Assembly: GCA_964594885.1 (NCBI GenBank)
Contig: CAZQOB010000016.1
Span: 8,456 to 72,455, forward strand
Source of the DNA: an uncultured Acidobacteriaceae bacterium
Lineage (GTDB): Bacteria > Acidobacteriota > Terriglobia > Acidiferrales > UBA7541
Reading direction: 5' to 3'
Length of the DNA stretch: 64,000 nt
Part shown: positions 8,224 through 15,196 of the stretch, piece after piece
Position numbering within the stretch: position 1 is the stretch's first letter
Layout of the letters: each line of letters opens with the position of its first letter
Notes under the pieces: model-generated
What the model was told of the DNA's origin: nothing
The model's database searches: none
What the model saw: the letters and a program-made list of their open reading frames with translations, nothing else
Translations under genes and position numbers: made by a program

Positions 8224-8252
8224 ACGATAAGCTGAGCGGAAAATTACGTCAA
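8224..8252 (-). promoter_or_regulatory. sigma70-like promoter of the candidate ncRNA
   Basis: Minus-strand TTGACG 8252-8247, 17-bp spacer, TATCGT 8229-8224; predicted +1 at A 8217. Confidence 0.7.
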
Positions 8253-8272
8253 TGAGAATCGTCAAAGAAAGC

Positions 8273-8301
8273 TGTGCAAAAATGTGGACGCTTGTGGATA
8301 A
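8273..8301. promoter_or_regulatory. DnaA-box cluster (one perfect, two degenerate)
   Basis: TGTGGATAA 8293-8301 is the reverse complement of TTATCCACA; TGTGGACGC at 8283 and TGTGCAAAA at 8273 give 10-bp spacing. Confidence 0.5.
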
Positions 8302-8435
8302 GAAGAGCGGCCCGGGGGTAGAAAAACACGCAATGAAGCGTTCGACGCAAACAGTACAACCCGGGAATCCAACCCCGGGCGAGTGGGCGGAGCATCCCTT
8401 CGCCCTGGCCTAAGGACCCGGCTGCGAGCAAAGGC

Positions 8436-9023
8436 TTATTTAGCAGATTCTTTCTTGCGGAGATCTGTGCACACTGAAAGCGCGTTGTTGGGATTGACTG
8501 CGGAGTCGCCTTCTTCGATGTGCTGGACGATGCCGTTTTTGTCTATGACGATGTTCGCGCGCTGGGCCCACTGGTAGGTTTCGGACTGGACGTCGTAGCC
8601 CTTCAAAATACCGTAGGCCTTGAGCATCTTCTTGTTCATATCGCTGAGCAGCGGAAACTTGACATTGATCTGCTTGGCGAAGGCGGCGTTGGCTGCGGGA
8701 GAGTCCATGCTGACACCAAAGACTTCAGTGTCGGAAGGGTCAATCTTGCCGCCGTCGATTCCAGACTGGACCGCCTGGAGTTGCTTGGTTCAACCGCCGG
8801 TGAAGGCAAGAACGTAAACGGCGAGCAGAACGTTCTTTTTACCCTTGAAGTCGCTGAGCTTGACGGTCTTCCACTGGTCACTGAGCAGCGTGAAGTCGGG
8901 AGCAGTGTCACCGACTTTGACAGAGGTTTTGGCGACTTGCTCTTTGTCTTGAATTCCGGCGGTCATCCTGGGAAAAAGCGGGAGACTGGCGAGGACCAGA
9001 GCGGCGGCCAGAGTGCGTTTCAT
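8436..9023 (-). CDS. Selenocysteine-containing peroxiredoxin-like protein (AhpC/TSA fold) with signal peptide
   Basis: Track ORFs 8790-9185 and 8436-8708 are in the same frame, separated by one TGA (8792-8790) in FTGG-U-TKQL, where peroxiredoxins have FTxxCTxE. Also VKVGDTAPDFTL, VFGVSMDS, FPLLSD, RANIVIDKNGIV. Confidence 0.88.
8760..8779 (-). promoter_or_regulatory. Bacterial SECIS-like hairpin
   Basis: 10 nt after the UGA: UCCAGGC-GGUCCA-GUCUGGA, a 7-bp stem (one G-U pair) with a G-starting loop. Confidence 0.65.
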
Positions 9024-9221
9024 GGAGCGGGCTCCTTTTGGACATTGCGTGCTGCGAACAATTGCGAACTGAATGTAAGACGAAACGGGCTCGAGGGAAA
9101 GTAAAAAATTTGTCTGGCCATCGGCGCCGAGCTTGGTAGAAACGGGGCGCCCGGCCTCAGAGCCGCGCCGAGAAAGCAGATCCAATGGTCGGTTACCCAG
9201 TTGGTTTTAGAATCTTCGCCA

Positions 9222-9251
9222 TTGACATATAGCCATTCGGCTATGTATGAT
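9222..9251 (+). promoter_or_regulatory. Promoter with a palindromic ArsR-type operator
   Basis: TTGACA 9222-9227, 18-bp spacer, TATGAT 9246-9251; ATAGCC-N4-GGCTAT (9229-9244) lies in the spacer. Confidence 0.8.
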
Positions 9252-9257
9252 CCGCCC

Positions 9258-9584
9258 ATGCGGCAAGATCCTCAGACCCGAATATTCCGAGCAGTCGCCG
9301 ACCCGACGCGCCGAAGCATCCTGGAACGGCTGCACGAGCGCGAGCACACGGTAGCCGAACTTTGCAAGCCCTTTCGAATCACGCAGCCATCGTTATCGAA
9401 GCATCTGGCCGTGCTCCGGCGCAGCGGACTGATTGCTGGCCGCCGTGCTGGCCGGCACCGGTATTACCGGCTGGCCCCCGAGCCGCTGGAGCAGATCGCC
9501 GCATGGGCTGCGAAGTTCGACGTCAGAGATCCTTCGGGACACATCTGGCGCTTGACGCAAATTACTCATCGAAAGGACGCATAA
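9258..9584 (+). CDS. ArsR/SmtB-family transcriptional regulator
   Basis: IFRAVADPTRRSIL, ITQPSLSKHLAVLRRSGLI, GRHRYYRL. Confidence 0.92.
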   Translation: MRQDPQTRIFRAVADPTRRSILERLHEREHTVAELCKPFRITQPSLSKHLAVLRRSGLIAGRRAGRHRYYRLAPEPLEQIAAWAAKFDVRDPSGHIWRLTQITHRKDA

Positions 9585-9585
9585 C

Positions 9586-10074
9586 ATGGCTATCCAAGGA
9601 GGAAGACCAAACAATCGCCAGGTAGTTCCGTATTTGATGGTGCGCGACGCGCGCGCCGCACTTTCTTTTTACCAGAAAGCGTTCGGCGCGAAGATCATCT
9701 ACCAAGCCCCTATGCCGGGAATAACCGGAATCTTCGCGCAATTCAAGATCGGCGAATCGTTTCTGCAGCTGACCGACTTGCCCGGTTACGACCCCAAGGG
9801 ACCTCGCTCGCCGGAGACACTTGGAGGAACTAGTGTCGTGCTGGAGATGTACGTCGATGACGTGGATAAGAGTTTTGCCAACGCGGTGCAGCTGGGGGCA
9901 ACCCCGTTACTCCCGCCGACGGACATGTTCTTTGGGGATCGCTATTCCTGGGTGGGCGATCCGTGGGGCCATGTCTGGGCGCTGGCCACAGTGAAGGAGC
10001 GACTGAGCGAGGATGAGATTCAGCGCCGCGCCGAGGAATTCATGACCGTAATGTCGCAAAGGAAAACTAAGTAA
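9586..10074 (+). CDS. VOC/glyoxalase (PhnB-like) protein
   Basis: PYLMVRDARAALSFYQKAFGA, YVDDVD, DMFFGDRY...DPWGHVW. Confidence 0.92.
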   Translation: MAIQGGRPNNRQVVPYLMVRDARAALSFYQKAFGAKIIYQAPMPGITGIFAQFKIGESFLQLTDLPGYDPKGPRSPETLGGTSVVLEMYVDDVDKSFANAVQLGATPLLPPTDMFFGDRYSWVGDPWGHVWALATVKERLSEDEIQRRAEEFMTVMSQRKTK

Positions 10075-10130
10075 CCGCAAACAGCGCGGTCGCGGGCAGC
10101 AGAACCAAGCCGGCGCCCCGATCACCAGCT

Positions 10131-11417
10131 TTAACGCAGGTAGCCCCAGTTGTGGAGCTTGTCGGAGTCTTCGACCCAGCGGTCGCCGATGTCGGTGCGG
10201 TAGTACATGTTGGGAATGAGAATGTTGCGAATACGTGAGTAAACCTGGGTCTGTGCTTGCCTCATGGTGGTGCCGGTCCCGACGACGATCAGCACGACAC
10301 CGGAAGTGCCGGCAACAAGCCACTGCCCATTGACTTCCTTGACGTCTTCGATGTGCACGCCTTCGATGCTGGGCTTTTTGAAGACGATGGCGGCATTCTT
10401 GGAGAACGATTCAAAGGTGGCGTCGTCATCGAACGGAAACGGCGGCACGACGATGCGCACGCCGATCTGAAAGCCCGAGCGAGTGCGCCACTTCGGCTCC
10501 AGGCCGTTAGCCAGCTCCCAGAACAGGTCGCTGATCGGCGTCAGCAGGCCTTCCTGCTGGATGCTGATGGTCGGATAGCCGAAGCGCGAGGTGAACTCCA
10601 GCGGATAGATACCGTTGTTGTTAACGATGCAGTTCAGGTCGATGTAGCCGACATAGCCTTCCTGAGCAAGTCTCGGCTCCATTTTCAACAGGGTCTGCGT
10701 GAACAAGCGGTTGGGCTCGCTCCAGAACATGGCGGTTCCCATTTCGCCGGTTGGTGGGCCGATATTGCCGGGAAAGAGTTTCTTGTGTTCGAAGTTGATA
10801 TTGACCGGTGTGATGAAATTCTTTCCATTGAAGAAAGCGCCTACGGCAACTTCCACTCCGGTGACCCGGCGCTGAAGTTGGAAGACTTTGATCTCTTCGG
10901 CAAAGGCCTTCTTGTACGCCTCTAGCATGCGCACGACGTCCTCGCCGTCTTCCTCTTCGCCAACAAACAGACGGCGCTTGACGTTTTGCGCCTCACCGCT
11001 GGGCTTGATGACGTAACGGTCGGGATTCTTTTTTACGAATTCGATGGCGGGGTCAAAGGAGTCGAAGTCTTCATAAGGGATGATGTTAACGCCCGCGTTT
11101 TTCAGCTCTTCCTGGCCGAAGGAGCGGTCATCTTCCAAGCGGTCGGTGTACGGTGTGCCGCCGATGACCGGCTTGCCAGTGGCGCGAAGGGCCTGGGCTT
11201 TGCCGCCCTGGCCGAGCGTGTCATCAAAGATGACGATGTCGGCCCACTTGGCATCGCGTTCCCAGTCCCTGGATTTGGGGACGAAGCCGTCGGCGATGTC
11301 GCGTTCGCCTTGGGCCTCGATGAAGTACCGAACGTCGTGACCTTCCTTGAGCACCTCCCAAGCAATGTCGCCGATGAGGCCGGAGATTGAGACGAAAAGA
11401 AATTTGCGCTTGTCCAT
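10131..11417 (-). CDS. Atypical phosphoribosylamine-glycine ligase-like ATP-grasp enzyme
   Basis: LEDDRSFGQE, YVIKPSG, GPPTGEMGT, PLEFTSRFGYP and C-terminal MYYRTDIG resemble PurD, but the N-terminus is not canonical. Confidence 0.75.
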   Translation of the reverse strand: MDKRKFLFVSISGLIGDIAWEVLKEGHDVRYFIEAQGERDIADGFVPKSRDWERDAKWADIVIFDDTLGQGGKAQALRATGKPVIGGTPYTDRLEDDRSFGQEELKNAGVNIIPYEDFDSFDPAIEFVKKNPDRYVIKPSGEAQNVKRRLFVGEEEDGEDVVRMLEAYKKAFAEEIKVFQLQRRVTGVEVAVGAFFNGKNFITPVNINFEHKKLFPGNIGPPTGEMGTAMFWSEPNRLFTQTLLKMEPRLAQEGYVGYIDLNCIVNNNGIYPLEFTSRFGYPTISIQQEGLLTPISDLFWELANGLEPKWRTRSGFQIGVRIVVPPFPFDDDATFESFSKNAAIVFKKPSIEGVHIEDVKEVNGQWLVAGTSGVVLIVVGTGTTMRQAQTQVYSRIRNILIPNMYYRTDIGDRWVEDSDKLHNWGYLR

Positions 11418-11710
11418 GCTGGGTGTGAAGGCTCCAAAACGGCGCATCTATGGTACGCAGAATGGAAGCGGGAATTGTTACAAAATTGCAACCAGACCGC
11501 GTGCGAGGCGGTCAGCCACGATGCCGAGATGCGACGCGGTTTCAGATTCGGCGGCAGTGCGCGCGACGGATTGATAGATCGGCCTGGGCAACCCCTGCGC
11601 GGTGTTGACGAGTCATAAGGCTAGAGCCGGGTCTGGATAATGAACTTAGGGCGTAGCCTGTTCTTTGGTTCAGGTTATACTGGGACGTTCCAGCGAAACC
11701 GAAATATGGG

Positions 11711-13132
11711 ATGAGATCCCCGTTTGTGAGGTGCCGTTTGCGTCGAATTGTGCTTGTGATCCTTGGGCTGGCGGTCGTTTTTACAAGCGTCACCAGCGAA
11801 TCGCAGATCCTTCATCGCAAATCGAAGAAAAAGAAGGAACCGGCAACCGACAATTCGGCGGCGCCGGACAAGGTTCTCTATGACCGCGCTTTGCTGGACA
11901 TTAAGAAGGGACGCCACGAAATAGGCCGCCTGAATCTGCAGACCCTGATCAACACCTACCCGGACAGCGAGTATCTGGCGAAGGCCAAGCTGTCGATCGC
12001 AGACTCGTACTACAAAGAGGGCGGGAGCGCCAACCTCACCCAAGCCATCGCCGGGTACAAGGACTTTATCGTGTTCTTTCCGTTCTTGCAGGAGGCGCCG
12101 TATGCGCAGGTGCAAGTGGCGATGACTCACTTCAAGCAGATGGAAAAGCCGGACCGCGACCGGACCGAGGCCAAGGCGGCGGAAGAAGAGTTCCAAACTT
12201 TCCTGGCGAAATATCCGAAGGATCCGCTGGTGTCGAAGGCCGAACAGCACTTGCGTCAAGTACAAGAAGTTCTGGCGGAAGGCGATTTCCGAATTGGCTA
12301 CTACTACTACGTAAAAGGCGACCGGCGGGCCTCGGCCGGACGGCTGCTGTCGGTGACCAAGCGCTATCCGCTGTACAGCAAGTCCGATCAGGCACTGTGG
12401 ATGCTCGGTGATATTTTTGAGAAGAGCGAGAAGAAAGAAATTGCCTCGGTGTATTACTCCCGCATTGTGCGCGATTATCCGCTTTCGTCTTTGGTGGGTC
12501 CCGCGAAGAACAAGCTAGTAGCCAATGGCGTGCCCGTTCCGCAAGCTGACCCGAAACAGCTGGCCTGGATGCAGGCCGAAATGAGCGCGCCGCGCAAGAA
12601 GCCGGGCATGTTGAGTAAGCCGATGTCCTTGGTCCGGACCGGCCCGGGCCGGGAACTGAACGTGGCCTCCACGACCGGCACGCCTCAGATGGAACCGGAG
12701 AGCGAGTCGGTCAGCGGTGGGGATATTTTGACGGGCGGCGCCAAAGCAACGCTGGGTGCCGGAGGTTCCGGAACTCCAGGAAATACTGCAGTAATTGAGG
12801 TAGCTACGCCCGGAAGCGGTGCGGCTGGTGGCTCGACCGTCGAGGCGGGTGATACGGGTGCGTCGGCGCCAACGTCGGACACAACCAGCGGCGGATCAGA
12901 GACCAAGCCGGCGGCCACCGACAATCCGAGCGCCACTCCGCCCTCACCCGCGAGTGCGGATGCAAACCGAGCAGCCCCTGCGGCTGCCACCGGCAGCGAC
13001 AATTCAACCACGCAAGCGAATGGGACCTCTGCGGATTCAAATTCTAAGCAGGCTGATAACGGTACGACTGATCCGAAGAAAGAGTCCACCAGCAAGAAGA
13101 AAAAGGGATTAAAGAAGATCATTCCCTGGTAG
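11711..13132 (+). CDS. bamD: Outer membrane protein assembly factor BamD with a long low-complexity C-terminal tail
   Basis: PDKVLYDRA, LQTLINTYPDSEY, YKDFIVFFP, MEKPDRDRTEA TPR pattern. Start uncertain. Confidence 0.88.
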   Translation: MRSPFVRCRLRRIVLVILGLAVVFTSVTSESQILHRKSKKKKEPATDNSAAPDKVLYDRALLDIKKGRHEIGRLNLQTLINTYPDSEYLAKAKLSIADSYYKEGGSANLTQAIAGYKDFIVFFPFLQEAPYAQVQVAMTHFKQMEKPDRDRTEAKAAEEEFQTFLAKYPKDPLVSKAEQHLRQVQEVLAEGDFRIGYYYYVKGDRRASAGRLLSVTKRYPLYSKSDQALWMLGDIFEKSEKKEIASVYYSRIVRDYPLSSLVGPAKNKLVANGVPVPQADPKQLAWMQAEMSAPRKKPGMLSKPMSLVRTGPGRELNVASTTGTPQMEPESESVSGGDILTGGAKATLGAGGSGTPGNTAVIEVATPGSGAAGGSTVEAGDTGASAPTSDTTSGGSETKPAATDNPSATPPSPASADANRAAPAAATGSDNSTTQANGTSADSNSKQADNGTTDPKKESTSKKKKGLKKIIPW

Positions 13133-13347
13133 TTTCCCGACGTCTCGCAACGATGAGCCGCCGACTGGCCTGGAGGCCGTGCCTGCATGGCCATGGGGCC
13201 AGTGCAAGCTGCATGTTCCCTTCCGACACACGTTCGCTCGGTTTGCGTTGACGGCTCCGTTTCCCGATGCTCCAATGGTTTTGTGTGGTCCCTCGGCGTG
13301 CGAGGGCCCTTTTACGTGTGTGCGGGTGTATCACCGGAGGAAGTGCG

Positions 13348-15060
13348 GTGGCCAAGATCTTAGTGGCGGACGATAACAGCAACATCCAGAAGATGGTGGT
13401 GCTGGCCCTGAAGGATCAGGGTATCGATGTCGTTGCAGTGGGCAACGGCGAAGCGGCCGTCCGCAAAATCAGCGACGTGCGGCCGGACCTGGTATTGGCG
13501 GACGTCTTCATGCCGGTGCGAAACGGCTACGAGGTCTGCAAGTTTGTGAAGGAAAGCTCCGCTCTTTCGCACGTGCCGGTGATTCTGCTGGTAGGTGCGT
13601 TTGATCCGCTGGATGAGCAGGAAGCGCAGCGGGTAGGCGCCGATGGAGTTTTGAAAAAGCCGTTTGTCCCGCCGGATCCACTGATTTCGATGGTGAAGTC
13701 GGCCTTAGCGCGCTCGGGTGTTTCGCTGGAAGGTTCCACAGCGGCCGCGCCGCCGCCTCCGCCCCCTGCGACCGCTGCAAAACTGGAGCCGGTTCCGGTT
13801 CCCCTGCCCAAGGCTGCGCCGCCACTTCCGCCCGTGTCCACGCCCGTTTTGGCGCCGGTGCCGGAAGAAGATTTTGTTGTTGCCAACAGCTCGCCGGCTC
13901 GTGCGCCGCTCAATATTGAGCCGGGCACCCAACCGGTGGCGTTCGGCAGTCTGCTGGATTCGCCCGTGATCGAAGAGGACGCGGTGTTTTCGATTTCGCC
14001 GTCCACCGGCACCGTTCCTGACCGCGACTGGAGCAGCGCCAACGTCGCGGATGAGCCGGAAGAGGAAGAAGAAGAAAAGGCGGGCAGCTGGCGATTGAAC
14101 ACGGACGAAGTTGATGGTCCGGCCGGGCAAAAAGACTGGCGCGAAGCGGCGTTTGCCGGAATTGGCGAAGGAAAGGGTGAGAGCTCGCAAGCCTGGGCCC
14201 CTTCGGTTGCAAACAACAGCTTGGCCATCACCGAGGAAGAGGCCGCCGCACTTGAGCGCGAGCAGCAGGCATTCTCGTCTTCGATCGGAGCGAGCACCAA
14301 GCCGGATTGGGCGAAGGAGATTTCCGCGGTATTTCCGCCGACGAATGCGCCGATGCCGGAGCAACCTGCTCCCGTAGTGGAGAAGTCAGCTCTGGCGAAG
14401 GCTGAACCGAACAGTGCCGAGGTTCCGCCGGCGGTTCCCGTTTTTGCGGAACCCATAATGCCGACGCAGGTGGAAACCGTGCCGGCCCCAGCGAATGGGT
14501 TGCCCGCGGCCCAGTCTGCGGCCACACCTGATGCGAGCCCGTTTGCAAGCCCCTGGGCGCAACCGGCCAATCATCCGTGGGAAGATGCGCTGAACCGCGC
14601 GAATGACCTTGCCGCCTCGTGGGACTCCGTGAAGCTAGCGCCGGAACCGGCGAATGCGGAACCAGCGGAAATCGTTGCAGCGCCCCGGTCAGAGCCGGAA
14701 GACGTTTCTCCCTCGGCGGTTCCGGAGATGCCGGAAGTCATCGATGAGGCCGCCTCTGAAGTCGAAGAGCCCGCCGTCTCGTCCTATGCTGGCGAATCTC
14801 TGCTTTCGCCAGCGGAGACCCAGGAATTGAAAGAAGAAGTCGCGGCAGTCACCGAGACGCAGGAGATTCCGGGGTTGCAGGAAGTGGCGCAGCCCGCGAC
14901 TGAGCCCATGGCTTCGCCGGTCACGCCAGGACCTACGACGGACGAACTGGTGGCCCAAGTATTGGCCAAAATGAATCCGGAAGTACTGCAGGCTGTGACG
15001 CGCGCGATCCTGAAGCCGATCATAGAAGCGATGGTTAAAGAACAGCTCGAAAAGAAGTAG
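13348..15060 (+). CDS. Response regulator: receiver domain, long Pro/Glu-rich linker and C-terminal helical segment (RomR-like)
   Basis: GGAGG RBS before GTG 13348; KILVADD, LVLADVFMP, GADGVLKKPF; C-terminus DELVAQVLAKMNPEVLQAVTRAILKPIIEAMVKEQL. Confidence 0.85.
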   Translation: MAKILVADDNSNIQKMVVLALKDQGIDVVAVGNGEAAVRKISDVRPDLVLADVFMPVRNGYEVCKFVKESSALSHVPVILLVGAFDPLDEQEAQRVGADGVLKKPFVPPDPLISMVKSALARSGVSLEGSTAAAPPPPPPATAAKLEPVPVPLPKAAPPLPPVSTPVLAPVPEEDFVVANSSPARAPLNIEPGTQPVAFGSLLDSPVIEEDAVFSISPSTGTVPDRDWSSANVADEPEEEEEEKAGSWRLNTDEVDGPAGQKDWREAAFAGIGEGKGESSQAWAPSVANNSLAITEEEAAALEREQQAFSSSIGASTKPDWAKEISAVFPPTNAPMPEQPAPVVEKSALAKAEPNSAEVPPAVPVFAEPIMPTQVETVPAPANGLPAAQSAATPDASPFASPWAQPANHPWEDALNRANDLAASWDSVKLAPEPANAEPAEIVAAPRSEPEDVSPSAVPEMPEVIDEAASEVEEPAVSSYAGESLLSPAETQELKEEVAAVTETQEIPGLQEVAQPATEPMASPVTPGPTTDELVAQVLAKMNPEVLQAVTRAILKPIIEAMVKEQLEKK

Positions 15061-15196
15061 TTCTCTTTCCGGTTCCAACCCACAGAATTCGAGGACCTGC
15101 CAGAGTGCGTTGACGCATCTCTCTCGCTGCCCGTATAGTCAAAGATTACCCGTCACGCGGCGAAGTCCGCAGAATAACTCAGGAGAAACTTCAGGC

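Noticed and set aside
7453-8255. Overlapping ORFs in the candidate ncRNA region (7721-8161, 7842-8255, 7674-7898, 7849-8112 and others)
   Set aside because: Low-complexity Arg/Ser/Leu or Arg/Lys/Gly translations that follow from strand skew; no convincing RBS or motifs.
7528-8301. oriC interpretation (DnaA box plus GATC-containing 14-mers)
   Set aside because: Only one perfect box, no AT-rich unwinding element, no dnaA/dnaN/gidA nearby; promoter, terminator and strand-specific GNRA loops fit an RNA better. Not formally excluded.
8790-8792. Pseudogene reading of the peroxiredoxin TGA
   Set aside because: The stop falls exactly on the catalytic Cys position, both halves are intact and a SECIS-like hairpin follows.
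15061-15196. T-box leader before valS (also checked metG and argS)
   Set aside because: No AAGGTGGTACC/GGTGGNACCGCG T-box motif or terminator; leaders are short.
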